DNA of 64,000 nucleotides from Okamejei kenojei (GCA_035221665.1 JAVHYY010000112.1:620001-684000), one strand, 5' to 3'; shown: positions 1 to 13,037, counted from the first letter of the stretch. A program made the numbers and translations. Notes: generated by a model not told the origin, from the sequence alone.

Positions 1-64
1 AATGAGCGGCATCCATTAAAGATACCAACGCGCTTCCTCGCTCCTAAGATGCACATCGCTTATT

Positions 65-300
65 TTTCTTTAGTTTAGGGATACAGCGCGAAAACACGAC
101 CACCGGCCCACCTAATCCGCACCGCTCACGCACACTAACAGTAGCCTACACACACACGGGACAACTGATTTTACTTTTATGGAGCTTGGGAGGAAACCGA
201 AGATCTCGGGGAAACCCCAAAAGGATAGGGGGAGAACATATGAAATCCGTACAGACAAGCGCTGTAAGACAATTGCTCAAGCGCTGCGCCAGCGTTCCGC
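65..300 (-). mobile_element. HE1-type V-SINE (tRNA-derived), degenerate
   Basis: Reverse complement of the SINE at 55535-55860 (tail TTAGTTTAG, core GGAGGAAACCGAAGATCTCGG, CGTACAGAC). Paralogous copy at about 38890-39085. Confidence 0.6.
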
Positions 301-404
301 CCTAACCCCTGCTGGGCTACTCGGTATGTTCTCTTAATCTTTAATATTGTACGCTTTTCAAACAGTCTTTGTTAGTTCCATGCGATGTGCCCACAATTAC
401 CTAG

Positions 405-477
405 CAGGTACACCGATTGCTGCCAGAATCGGATAATACACAAGTCCTATTATTTCTTCGATCGGATTATCATGCAT
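405..477 (-). pseudogene. Exon 1 of a paralogous GPR139-like GPCR, splice donor mutated; exon 2 would lie upstream of the window
   Basis: Minus strand reads ATG...MHDNPIEEIIGLVYYPILAAIGVP+G (73 nt), colinear with exon 1 at 39187-39259. The donor is CTAGGT instead of GTAGGT. Confidence 0.8.
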
Positions 478-669
478 TTTAATGCACCGGTCCAGGCGTT
501 CACTCCTTGTGCAGCCGCTCAGCTGTTGTCAGCGATGCAAACAAATAACTGGCATATTTATAAAGTAAATAAAGGGAGAAACAGGCAACGAGAGTACATC
601 CCTGTGGACATTACGTACACACTTTGAACAAACATCTACTGTTTTCCATGTAATATTAAAAATAACCTT

Positions 670-780
670 ATTCTGAAGAAAAAGGTCCGAAGAAGGGGTT
701 CGGACCGAAACGTTGCCTATTTCCTTCGCTCCATAGATGCTGCTGCACCCGCTGAGTTTCTCCAGCCCTTTTGTCAACCT
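670..780 (+). repeat. Penelope-like element terminal fragment (common elasmobranch repeat)
   Basis: GAAGAAGGG..TCG.CCGAAACGT...GATGCTGC..ACCCGCTGAGTT.CTCCAGC motif. Related copies at about 16040-16400(-), 25125-25185, 45085-45215(-) and 57600-57660. Confidence 0.45.
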
Positions 781-2295
781 TATTCTGAAACTGTGGCCCC
801 TGGTTCTGGACTACCCCAATATCGGGATCATGGTTCGTGCCTCTAGCGTGTCCAAACCCTTAATAATCGTATATGTTAAAATAAGGAATCCTCTCAGCCT
901 TCTAAATTCCAGAGTATACATACCCAGCCGCTCCATCTTTCAGCATTTAACAGCCCCACCATCCCTGGATATAAAACCATGTGAACCTAAGCTCCATTCC
1001 CTCGGAAGCAAGACTATTGCGCGGCTAGATGCAGTAAAACGATTCCGGATATTGAGATAGTCCAGAAACAGAGGTCACAGTTTCCGAATGAGGGTTATTT
1101 TGGAAACATAGAAACAGAAAATTCGATACACTCGGCCCCTCGAGCCAGCAACGCCATTCAATATGATCATGGATGATCATCTAAAATTATTATGTTTATT
1201 CCACTGTTCCTGTTTATTCCACATATCTCTTGACTAATTCTTTGAAACATCCAACGAATTGTCATCCGCTGTATTCTGTGGTCGAATATTCCACAGATTC
1301 ACAACTCCTGGGTGAATTACATTTTCCCTCATCACAGTCCTAAATAGGCATATCCTTATCCATAAATGTTGACCCCTTGCTCTGGACTGCACGAACATCG
1401 GGAACACGTTCCCTGCATCTAGTTTGTGTCCAATCGTTTGATAATATTATATGTTTCTATCAGATCCCCTCTTATTATTCTAATTGCCAGTGAATACAAG
1501 GCGACTCAACCATTTATTTTACCATCTGTCAGTCCCGCCATCGCGGGAATTAACCTGGAGTACCGGCGCTGCACTTCCTCAATAGCAATCATCTCCTTTC
1601 TCAAATTAGGAGACCAAAATCGCTCACAAATGCGGTGTCACCAGGGCCCAACGCAACTTAGGAATGCGATGAGGAAAATCTGACGAAGAGAGTTGTGAAT
1701 CTGTGGAATGCACTACCACAGAAAGCAGTGGAGGCCAATTCATGGGAAGATTTCACGAAAGAGTTAAATTTAGCTCTTAGGACTTAAAGTAAATAAGGGA
1801 TATGGGGAGAAGGCAGGAGCGGGTACTGATTTTAAATAGAGACATCGAAACATAGACAATAGGAGCAGGTGGAGTCCATTCGGCCGTTGAACTGCCATTC
1901 ATGTGATCATGGCTGATGAGCCACTATCAGTGATCCGTGCCTGACGTCTCCCCATGAAATGTGATTCTCCCAGTGGCAAGAGCACTATCTAGTTCTCTTT
2001 TCATTTCATTCAATTAATTAACCTCCACTGCCTTCTGTGGCAGAGAATTCCATAAATCCACAACTCTCTTGGGTGAAAAAGATTGTGCTCATCTCAGTTT
2101 TAAATGCCCTCCCCTTTACTCTTAGACTGTGGACCCTGGTTCTGAACTCCCCCAGCACTGGGAAGGTTTTTCCTTCATATAACTTCACCAATCGTTTTAT
2201 AATGTTAAATGTTTCTACAAGATTCCTTCTCATCCTTCTCAATTCCAGTGAAAACAAGTTCAGTCTATCCATTCTTTCCTCAGATGACAGTCATA
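780..2295. repeat. Cluster of CR1 LINE 3' fragments in both orientations
   Basis: Translations such as DRLNLFSLELRRMR and RVHSLRVKGRAFKTEM match the CR1 ORF2 C-terminus of the longer copies. The first part is paralogous to about 41910-42530. Confidence 0.75.
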
Positions 2296-2302
2296 CCGCG
2301 GA

Positions 2303-4900
2303 TTTTACTTCTCAGTCACGTGAGTGATTCCGTGAAGAAGACCCGTCAGGCCGCATGCGCATCAGTACGTCAGCCGCATTGACGAAAGGAGGCTGTGAGG
2401 AACAGAGATCCTCCAGCGGTAAGTATTAAGACTCCAGGTAAGTGAAAAACGTTCACTGGAATTCAAGCCGTGCTTGCAGGTACGCTCATTTGCCGGTCGC
2501 TAGCAATGGACAAAACAGGGAAAGGAAAGCGGCGAGTCGCAGCCTGCCGCGGCAGTACAGGTTTGGAATCGCTGCCGCATACCCCAGTACAGTCGCTAGC
2601 TACAGAGTTAGCGACTGCAGACTTATTGCTACACAGCACAGAGCCAGCGCCATTAGGGCGTAAGGCATCTGAAAAGTCTGCTAGGCCCACGGAGTCGGGG
2701 TATTATTCCTCACCGGGGCTGGATAGAATGTGTTCACGCCTATCCCAAGTGGAGGAGCTGTTGCACAAAGTACTCCAGCAAACTACACTCCAGGAGAAGG
2801 AGTGTCAGCGCCACTCAGACCCAACAGTGCTGCCAGATAACCCCTTCTCATTTGAGGGGAGTGCAATGGGCCAGATTAGTCCTGACCCCGAATCTGATGG
2901 GGAGGTCCAGCCAGGAGAAACAATGGACTTACCAGCTGATCCACCCCAGGCAGTACCATTTGCTGTCCCATCAGGAGCACGAGAACCGCTAGGAGAAGAG
3001 CTGGCCGCGACAATAAGTTATATGTTTCTCATGAGCTCCAGCAGCTCACTATGGATGACGCAGCCAAAAAATATGAGGCTCAAAAAAACAGTGAGCTGTT
3101 AAAAGTGCCAACTGTTAATCAGGTCATATGGGGTCAGATGGGAACCGGCATGCGAAATCAAGAGATCAAGATGCAGAGAGTCCTAAAATTATTAGGCTCT
3201 GGCAGTACGGCGTTCGAAAGAACAATGGATGGCGGTTATGTGACTAGAACACATCAAGAGGCTCTGGGGTTGCTAAGTATCACCCATTTTGAAATTAACT
3301 GTATCAGAAAAAGGGAAATTCGGCCCAACATCAATCATAGAAATGCTTTGCTTTGCAAGCCAACAAATATCCAGCCACCGAACCTACTGTTTGTCGCAGA
3401 CCTTACTAAGCAGTTCAAGGATTTAAATGAAGAAGCAAAAACGATTAGCCTGATGAGACCAATGTTGACCTGCAGATCACTGAAGAGGAAGTATCCTTAA
3501 AGAACCACCTCAGCTTCCGCGGTTACACCAGGGACAAGCCCTTCTTCAATGCAGGGGCGTGGTTGGTATCCTTCGACAGGAGCACGAGCAACCATTGGGG
3601 GCCCCTGCCAGGAGCTGGGGTCAGGAGGGCACACCAGTTACCAGTGAAGTTCTCATAAAAACATATTAAGTATAACACAGGAAAATAATTGGTCGTAGAT
3701 TTCGGCTATTTTATGAAGAATGGAAGCAGATTACTTGAGATCTGTTTATCAGGAGTGTGATTCAAGGGTTTCGGATTGAATTCAATCCAAATGGTGATTT
3801 GCCTCTCCAACATGGTCCTAGCAGAACACTTTATTTTTCACAAACAGAGGTAATAGAGGTTCAGGCTGAACTTGAAAATTTGTGTAACAAAGGGGTAATT
3901 GAGAAGACGGTTCATCAACTCCACAATTTGTATCAAATATATGTTCCCGTCCCAAAAAGGACGGACGATGTAGAATTATTTTGGGCCTTCTAAGGTTAAA
4001 TCCATTTGTACTCTATAGACACTTCAAAATGGAAACGTTGGTTACCGCCAAGCAACTGTTTCCAGAGGTTGTTGTATGGCAACCATAGATCTGAAAGATG
4101 CTTACTACTCAGTGCCTGTCATTGCGAGCATAGAAAGTGTTTTAAATTTATTTGGAAGAATCAAATATGGCAATTTAAGGCACTGTCGAATGGTTTAACC
4201 TCGGCCCCTAGAGTATTCTCTAAATTGTTCAAACAAATTTTGGGGCTACTTAGAGGTCAGGGCCATGTAATTATGGCCCATTTGGTTGATATTTTATTTA
4301 TCGGGAAAACAAGAGAATTAGCTGAAACATCAGTGGCAGTTGTCAAATTCACACTAGAAAAACTGGAGTTTGTCATTCATTTAGGAAAATCTAAATTGAC
4401 ACCACTTACCACAATTGATTATTTGGGTTTCTCAATTGACTCACTTAAAATGGTAATTACTTTGCCCAGGGGGAAAATGTGGAGCTAATTGATGGTTGTA
4501 TAAATCTTCTAAACAAACAACAACCTTCAATTAGACAAGTGGCCATGCTGCTCTGGAAATTAGTAGCAGCATTTCCAGCAGTCCAATTTGGGCCTTTGCA
4601 TTATCAGCAATTACAGAGGGCAAAGGAAGAGGCACTCAGGGTACAATTGGGCCATTATAACAGGCCCATGTAATTATCAGCTGATGCAGTTAGTGATCTT
4701 CAATGGTGATCCAACTTGTCTCCAGTAGTTTCAGCACAGTGGTGCTTGAACAATCTTCCATGGTCTTGCAGACTGATGTCAGTGCACTCGGTTGGGGTAC
4801 CACGGATACAAGTTCGAGTTGTGGAGGAAGATGGAATATGGAAGAAGCTTTGCTTCTGCAGACATGGGGAATAAACCATTTAGAGCTTTTAGGAGCGTTT
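2303..4900 (+). mobile_element. DIRS1-like tyrosine-recombinase retrotransposon, 3'-truncated and degenerate (left terminus, gag, RT, start of RNase H)
   Basis: Left terminus TTTTACTTCTCAGTCACGTGAGTGA; gag-like ORFs 2470-3500; RT motifs (DLKDAY, WQFKALSNGLTSAPRVF); RNase H start LQTDVSALGWG. Frameshifted, and inserted in a minus-strand CR1. Confidence 0.85.
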
Positions 4901-4902
4901 AG

Positions 4903-7250
4903 GATACCCAGGTCTCGTTGCATGTCCCTTTATCCCCAATCTGACACAACTGAGAAAATAATCTGCTTCCATGTTCTTGCCGTCAAAGTGGATAACTTCA
5001 CATTTGCCTACATTATACAACATCTGCCATCTGTATGCCCACTCACTCAACCTGTTCAGGTCACCCTGCCACCACCTAGCATCCAGAAGTCCACTCATGT
5101 TACTTTTAAATCATTTATATCAATTGTCAATCGGTGCGACCCCTACAACGAGCCTTGCGGCACTCCTCTCGCCACTGCCTGGCATTCTGACAGGGACCTC
5201 CTTCATCAATTTCACTTGTAACATTCTCAAAACATTCCAGAGGACAAGTCAAGCAGGATTTCCCCTTCATAAAACCATACTGACGTGAACTAATCCTTTA
5301 AATGCCATACATATACAACCTTATCACTTCTTGAACAATTGACTCCAGCATCTTACCCAGCTCCGATGTCAGGCAAACTGGTCTATAGTTTCCCGTTTTC
5401 TCTCTCGCTCCTTTCTTGAAAAGTGGTATAACATTAGCTACCCTCCAATACACAGGAACTGATCCTGAATCTATAGACCGTTGGAAAGCATCAACGATAC
5501 GTCCAGGTTTTCTAGGGCCACCTCCTTGTGTACCCTGCGATGCAGACCGTCAGGCCCTGGAGATTTTGTAGCCTCCAGTGCCATCAGTTTACCCAATAAT
5601 ATTTCTCGCACAATGCAAATTTATTTCAGTTATTCTGTCTCCCGAGATGCTCTGTCCTCTAGTACATCTTGGAGAATTTCCCGTCTACCTAAGCGAAGAC
5701 AGAACGAGACTCTTCTGCCATTTCCTTGTTTCCCATAATAATTCCTTGTTCCCCATCTATCGTCATCGGGTGGCGCCGCGCGCGGCAGTCTCGCCAGCAG
5801 TGTGTCAGTCCTTTCATCCTTTTTTGTTATTTTACTCCGTCAAAAAGGTATGTTCCTGGAGGTTTTTTAGACTTTTCACGTGGGGTGTGGGGAGGGGGAA
5901 GAGGGAAAACAGTTTCCCAGTTATAACTGGTCGAGGATGCTTCTTTTCTCCGAGTCGCATCTTCAACCCCCCTCGCGGCCTACCATCTGGACAGGCGCGA
6001 CCTTTCCTGCCGGACACCGGCCACTGCTTCAGCAGCGGCGCAGCACTGGATTCCATCGCGTTGCAGGCGATACCTTATCAGAGATCGCTGTGTAGAGCTG
6101 TGGAGTGTTGGGCTAGCTGCTTTAACACCGTGAGGCTGTGGGCTCCGGAGCGTCCAGCCGCAGGCGGCGCTGACGTTAACATCGCGAAGTCCTGAGATCC
6201 TTTGCCGGGGGTCACCAGTGTTGGAGCTCCGTCAAGATCGGCCTGTGGACTTCGGCAGCCGTAGGCTTCGGTAGGAAGCGGCCGATCCGTAAATTCCAAG
6301 CCGCTGTGAGTGTTCTCCCGTTCCGACGTCGGAGTTCCATCATCCCGGCGAGCGGGCCTGAAACATTGGGCCGCTGTAGCGCGACTGCGGAGGACTCAAA
6401 TACCCCGACCACGGGTGAACAAAGAGGAAGCTGACTGAACTTTATGGCCTTCATTCAAAATGGGAACCGTTCATTCTGCTGTGTGGGGATGTTCATGTTA
6501 AATGATATCGTGTTCTGTGCACTGTTTTATTCGTATGGGTGTTTGGTTACCCAAAACTCACTGTGCCAATTGGTGCATGTGAAAATAAATGTAATTTGAA
6601 CATAATTTCAACTGTTTCTGCTTTCAAGGGACCCACAATTGCCTTCACTAATCTTTTTCTCTTAAAATACCTATAGAAGTTTTTACTGCCCTTTATATTC
6701 CTGGCGAGCTTACCTTCCTATCTCATCTTTTCAACCCTTATTGCCCTTTTGTTACCTTCTGATGTCCTTTCAAAGATTCCCAAACCTCTGGCTTCCCGCC
6801 ACTCTTTGCTATTTTATACATTTTTCTTTTAGTTTTGTACTGTTCACAACTGCCCCTGTCAACCACGGTCGCCTCTTACTTCCCTTAGAATCTTTCTTCA
6901 TCCTTGGTATGAAATTATCCTGCAGCTTCTGAATTATGCCCAGAAATTCCTACCATTGCTGTCCCTCCGTCATTCCTGTTAGGAACATTTTCCAACCGAC
7001 CTTGGACAGCTCTTCTCGCATGCCGTCGTAGTCCCCTTTGATCAACTACAACACGGACAATGCTGATTTAACCTTCTCCCTCCCAATTTGTAGATTAAAA
7101 CTTATCATATTATGATCACTCCCTCCTAGCGGTCCCTGTACCTCGAGTTCCCTTACTAAATATGGTTCTTTGACAACACTAAATCTAGAATTGCCTTCTC
7201 TCTGGTAGACTCCAATACAATCTGCGTCAATTATCCATCTCAGAGGCACT
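4903..7250 (-). mobile_element. Degenerate CR1 LINE ORF2 (RT and endonuclease parts), interrupted at about 5755-6600
   Basis: GDLNRLSEWAYRWQMLYNVGKCEVIHF (RT) and PLGGSDHNMISF (APE endonuclease). Confidence 0.75.
5755..6600 (+). repeat. Unclassified GC-rich interspersed element inserted in CR1
   Basis: CpG-rich block beginning near GGTGGCGCCG and ending in AATAAA. It splits an otherwise continuous CR1 and has no convincing ORF. Confidence 0.4.
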
Positions 7251-7519
7251 CTACAAACTCCCTTTCTTGGGTTCCAGAACCAACCACACCTCACCCGCAG
7301 ACCTGCCTTTATCATATTGAACCGCGGTGGTGGATCGAAAGGAGAATGGCTTACTCCTACACCTATTTTATCTGTTTCTTTGTTTATCCATCCCTGCAGG
7401 TGAATGCAATAATTGTAATCTGTGCGTTCCCTTTCACCGGCTCGTTGACATTTGGAGGGATCCTGGTCACCAGCCCGACTGTCTTTGAACTTATAAATCG
7501 CGGTGCAGCTATCTCTTCT

Positions 7520-7845
7520 TCCTAATGGGTGAGGGGACTGTGCGTATACCCCATCTACTCCCCTCATTGTCCAGTTCCCTGAATGGTTCACATGGTCTAC
7601 TGTACGTCAGAGAAACGTCAGAGCCACATCAGAAATTTCTGGTTAGCAAACAAATAAGCAGGTTTAACGATCCCCTTCTCAAACACTCCGTCTCTTCGCA
7701 CATCGATTGGGATTTGTTCAAAAATCACCAGGAGAGCACCCTCACAGAAACGAACAGTTCAGTTGAGGTTCCCGCTCAGTTCTCCGGGACAGGTGCAGAA
7801 ACTGTCGGGACACCTGGGCTCCAGCCTTCACGTAAACCATTTTTT
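7520..7845 (+). promoter_or_regulatory. Orphaned upstream/promoter region of the deleted unit-1 NAR-type V gene
   Basis: Colinear with 42680-43003, including the tandem ACGTCA half-CRE pair (7604-7620). Homology ends about 15 bp before the leader start. Confidence 0.65.
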
Positions 7846-7849
7846 CTTT

Positions 7850-10800
7850 CAGGAGCAACTGCTGGGTGTGGTCAACCACTACGTGGCCATTCCGCGAGCG
7901 GGTGGGCCTTTAGAACCGATACTTGCAGCCAGCATTAACCACGTGTCCTCAAAACCCCTACAAGAACGGGTGGTCAATGAGGCTCTTGAATTATATACAG
8001 TCCCAGAAATGTTTACATGATTGAATGTACCAGCTGTGAACAGCCAAATTTGGGGACATTTGGGGCAGAACATCAGGAACCTGGAGTTGAAGCTCCAGAA
8101 AACCATAAACCTCCTGACAGCAGGAATAACATCATATGCTCGGCCCATAGATGGTGTGGACATCACCACAAATCAGCAAGATACATTAGCTCTGCTCTGC
8201 ACCACTCAATATGAGATTAACAATTTACGGAAGGAAATCATCAAGCCTGCCCTCAACCCTAAGTTTGCAGGACTTTGCAAAACACCGGGTTCAGAACCTC
8301 CAATTCTGCTCTTTGGAAATTACCTTCCTAAAAAGGTGAAAGACCTGGAGGAAGAGTGCAAGTCTCGTGAGGGCAGGTTTGGGACCGAGTAGACCTAACA
8401 AACCCAAGCGGCAGTACCCCACGGCGTCAACCAGTCGTCGACTACCATATGGGACTGGTGAAAGCTCGGGGACCGCAACCATTCCCCGTAAGACTTTTTT
8501 TAGGCCAGGGCCCAGAGCGAACCCCATGGAAAATGCGCCATCCCCAACAACAACATCAACAGCAACACCAACAGCAACATCAACAGCGGCCCTCTATAGC
8601 AACCTCATTATCCAGCGAAGAGGCAAAAGAAGCACCAATAACCATGGAGGTAGGTGTGTCTGGTTCCTCTCAGCATATGAGCAGTAGGGGCTCTATACTA
8701 AGAAGGGGGAGATTGCACTTGTTTTTGGATACATGGGAGACTATCACTAATGACAAATACATACTCAGCAGCATTCATGGGTATAAAATTGACTTCGTTC
8801 ATGAAAACATGCCGCCAGTTCAGCATATACCCCAAAGGGTATTCACCCTCTCAGTCAAAGAGAATCAAGAAGGTCAAGCTGAACTGATGGAGGCTACTAG
8901 CAAAAGAACAACACATGATCCTTTGGAAATTGTGTCTAACATTTTCACGAAAACTAAAAAAGATGGTGGATGTCACATCATTATTGACTTCACTTCTTTA
9001 AACGAGTCTGTTAAGTGTATACATTTCAAGATGGAAACTTTTGAAACCGCCAGACAATTGATTTCTAGAGGGTACTTTCAGGCAAGGATTGATTTAAAAG
9101 ATGCCTACTACTCTGTACCCATACACAAGGAGCATCGTAAATAACTAAAGTTTATCTGGATGAAATGGCTATGGCAATTTAAAGTCTTACCAAATGGGCT
9201 AACCTCAGCTCCAAGATTGTTCACAAAAAATCTTAAAACCTGCCTTGGCATTATTGAGGAAACAAAAGCATATAGTCATGGCATACTTATACGACATTGT
9301 AATAGTAGGGAAAACCTTGGAGACAGCCATTTTGGCAGTAGCTGCCACCAAACGGTTGTTTGAAACTTTGGGGTTTGTCATATATCCAGATAAATCCAAT
9401 TTGACACCGTCCACAACCATGGACTATCTTGGATTTACGATTGACACTATTCGCATGGTTGTAACTCTGCCGAAGGAGAAAGCATCAGAGTAGGCACATC
9501 ATGCAACGAACTAATGGTTAATCATCAGCCAACCATTGCCAAGGGCAGGTAGGTAGTGTCATTGGGAAAATGGTAGCAGCCTTTCCAGCTGTACAAGTTG
9601 AGCCTTTCCACTATCACAATTTACAAAGAGCAAAAGTGCACGCACTAAAGAAAAACTCAGGGCACCTTGACCGAGCTATGCGTTAACTGCTGAATCCATT
9701 CCAGAGTTACAATAGTGGACAAGGGACATTAGGCTTAGTTCCAGACCCATAATAATCACCAACCCAGTATTAACCATTCAAACGGATGCCAGTGCTTTGG
9801 GCTGGGGAGCAACTAACATGCAATCCAGCACAGGGGGCAGATGGACTAATTTGAATCATCTTGCCTCCAGACACGGAGTATTAACTACTTAGAAATGTTT
9901 GGTGTGTTTTATGGTTTAAAATCATATTCATCTAATAACATCACACACATCTATCAACCACATGGGTGATGTAAAGTCGATATCAATTGACAATTTAGTC
10001 AACCTAATCTGGCAATGGCGTGTCGAAAGACATATTTGGTTATCAGCAACTTACCTACCAGGTAAGCAAAATACAGTGGCAGACAGAGGTCACGCAAATT
10101 TAACGATAACATCGAATGGATGTTAAATCCCAAAGTATTTGCTGAAATTAGAAAGCAATATGGCACACCAGATATTGATCTATTTGCATTTAGGCTGAAC
10201 CACCACGTACCAACGTATGTCGCTTGGGAACCAGACCCTGAGGCAGCTGCAGTAGATGCATTCACGTTGCATTGGGTGAAAAAAGTTATTCTATGCTTTT
10301 CCTCCCTTCTGCCTCATCAGTCAGGTATTATACAAGATTCAATTGGATTCCACTTCAGGAATCTTGATAATACCCGACTGGCCTTCACAGCCATGGTTCC
10401 CAGTGGCCATCGACATGGCTGTCGAAACACCGTTGGAATTCCCCAGCAGTCCACTATTATTAATCCACCCAGTGTCAGGCATTAGTCACCCGTGCCATGA
10501 CAGTCAATGTCCTGGCTTACAGATTCTAAAAATATCTCTACTGGCCTGGGACTGTCTGAGGACGCCATCAACATGATCACCGCATCCCGCCGGGTATCCA
10601 CCAGGAGACAATACCTGACCAACATGAGGAAATGGGAACGGTTTGCTCCAAACAGAAACTACTTAACACAACAGCAACAACTACCAGTGTTGTGGAGTTC
10701 CTGGTTGGATTACAACGGGATAGACACAGCTACAGCGCCATCTATACAACCAGGAGTACGTTGTCAGCTGATTTAGTTCCAGCAGCAGGACAACAGGCTT

Positions 10801-11990
10801 TTGGGTCCCATCCACTGGTGGTCAAAACCATGAGGGGCATTTTAAACACTAATTCCCCCAGACCAAGGTACACTCAGATCTGGGATGTCAGCATTGTGCT
10901 GACGTACCTTGGGGGATGGCCACCACCCAGGTCACTCACGCTGGAACAACTTACCCTGAAATCAGTCATGCTTATGGCACTAGTGTCAGCTCAAAGGGTA
11001 CAGTCCCTCCACCTTCTGAGGCTTGACAGTATGTCAGAGTTATTGGACTGTATCACATTCCATATTCAGGGTCTGGTCAAAAAAACTAGACCAGGAACCA
11101 GGCCTCCAGTCATGGAGTTCTGGGCATATTCACCTGACCCACGGCTGTGTGCCAAGACACATCTCGCCATTTACATAGACACAACATACAACTTAAGAGG
11201 GAGAGAAAAAGCCTTATGGATCAGCCACAAGAAGCCCCATGGTCAGGTGACGAGCCAAACCATTTCAAGGCGGCTCAAGCAGGTGTTTACGTCAGCGGGA
11301 GTCAACACTAATGTTTATAAATCTCACTCCACCAGGGCTGCATCCACGTCGGCGGCTAGGCGCCTGGACGTGCCCTATGGACCATATTCTGGCCAGAGCA
11401 GGATGGTCCTCGGAAAAAAAACTTTATAATAAACCGCTGGCAGAACCTGCTCCATTTGCAGACAGGATTTTATAGTGCAGATAATATTTAATTTAAGCCC
11501 GGCGGAGCTCACTGTTTTTGTTGTTATTAATAAACCTTTTTTGTTCACAAACAGGTTATTGTTGATTGTGATAACATACTTCCTGCCTGAAAGGTCTTCA
11601 GACAGTGAGTGAAGCATGAGCTAGTACACGGTTCAGAATCACAGAGCTTTGAAGTCTTCACGTAGTCACTCACGTGACTGAAATAAAATAGTAAGATTGA
11701 ATGAGTACTTACCAGTTCGAAGTTTGTCTGTATTTTATGAGGTGTTACGATGAGGGATTACGTGCCCTCCGCTCCCATCCTCTATTATAAAGATCAACTG
11801 GTAATTCAGTTCTTATTTTTTCTTTACGATAATTGTTTCAATCGTTGTGTTGTTTCTGTGAATCCACACCGCTGCTTTGAAGAATGTCGCGCATGCGTGC
11901 TGGACGGGGTCTTCACGTAATCACTCATCGTAACTCCTCATAAAATACAGATCAAACTTCGAACAGGTAAGTTCTCATTTAATCTTACTA
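7850..11990 (+). mobile_element. DIRS1-like retrotransposon, 5'-truncated and degenerate (partial gag, RT/RNase H/MTase, YR, ICR, right ITR)
   Basis: IDLKDAYYSVP; IDLFAFRLNH (MTase-like); YR ORF 10632-11429 with SAQRVQ and HSTRAAS; internal complementary region at about 11655-11765; terminus ...AATCTTACTA at 11990. Confidence 0.9.
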
Positions 11991-12692
11991 TTTTTGATTA
12001 GTCGAGGCGTGAGAAGTTATTGTTATTGCGGAGAATGCAGGAGAATTTGGTACAGAAGGTGAGATAGTTCAGCCAACTTTGATCCATCAAGTAGGCTTGA
12101 TGGATCGAATGGCCTAATTAAACTCCTATCAGATGCCCTTATGACCTTATGCCTTAAATGCCAACCCATCACGGTTGAACCTTAATCATATCCAGGAAGG
12201 GATACACTTCAGTCAAGATGCCGGGAGAATGACTAGTTCTATTGCATTCACGCGAAGAACGAATTACAAAATGTTGGAGAACTGAGTAAGGTTATTTGGC
12301 TCATTTACTGGATCCCTACACTAAATCAGCTTCACTAGTATTCCATGCTCGCTTTGACTGTTCCCACGGCGTGGGATGTTTCCAATTTCCCTTTCATAAT
12401 CAGAGTTTGACCTCGCGAATATTCGTCAGTGATTTTCACCACGGTGGCGCAACGGGAGAGCTGCTGCCCAACAGCGCTGTTAGCACCTGAGACCCGAGTT
12501 CAATACCGACTCTGGCTGTTGACAGTACATACAACTTAAGAGGGAGAGAAAAAGCCTCATGGATCAGCCACAAGAAGCCCCGTGGTCAGATGACGAGCCA
12601 AACCATTTTGCTCAGTAGCCACTTTCTGCGCATGTCTCAGTCTCCAGCAGTCAATGTAAAAACAATAACAATTGCCCAGTTATTTTCTGCAG

Positions 12693-12998
12693 ATTCCATT
12701 TCCGCTGATTCCCAGAGTCCGCCTCAACAATCCTCTCTCTCTGGTGACATTGTCACTTATAACTGCGTATATTGCGGATTCTGCTCGTGCATAGTACACT
12801 GGTACCGGCAGATCCCAGGGCAGGCTCTGGAATTCCTGCTCCAAAGACACACTTCAGGAAAGCCAGATAAGGAAGAGGCTGCCGAAGTTCGTATTTCTGG
12901 TTCTCTCGATCCTACCCAGAAAATCAGTCTGCTGACGCTATCTGAAGTAATGCCGAGCGACGAGGCAGTGTATTACTGTGGGATGAGTCCGCGCATCG
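12693..12998 (+). CDS. Leaderless TCR-delta-type V exon (NAR-TCR supporting V-delta), unit 1; open frame but orphaned
   Basis: Acceptor TTTTCTGCAG| in phase 1. (D)SISADSQSPPQQ...YNC-VYCGFCSCIVH-WYRQIPGQAL...DEAVYYC-GMSPRI has the canonical Cys/Trp/YYC plus extra CDR1 cysteines. No leader exon was seen upstream. An RSS follows immediately. Confidence 0.85.
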
Positions 12999-13037
12999 CA
13001 CAGCGACACTGCGCAGTGAAATAGCTGTAGCAAAACC
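12999..13037 (+). other. Recombination signal sequence, 23-bp spacer
   Basis: Heptamer CACAGCG 12999-13005, 23-nt spacer, nonamer AGCAAAACC 13029-13037. Confidence 0.9.

Noticed and set aside
5578-6454. Several 70-205 aa ORFs in a GC-rich block
   Set aside because: No recognisable motifs; such ORFs are expected by chance in GC-rich repeat sequence.
8545-8588. Poly-Gln-like repeat as a host gene
   Set aside because: It is a low-complexity CAA/CAG tract at the gag/pol boundary of a dead DIRS.
12590-12692. ATG-initiated extension of the unit-1 V as a possible leader
   Set aside because: The ATG lies in DIRS-derived filler, the peptide is not signal-like, and it is absent from the paralog.
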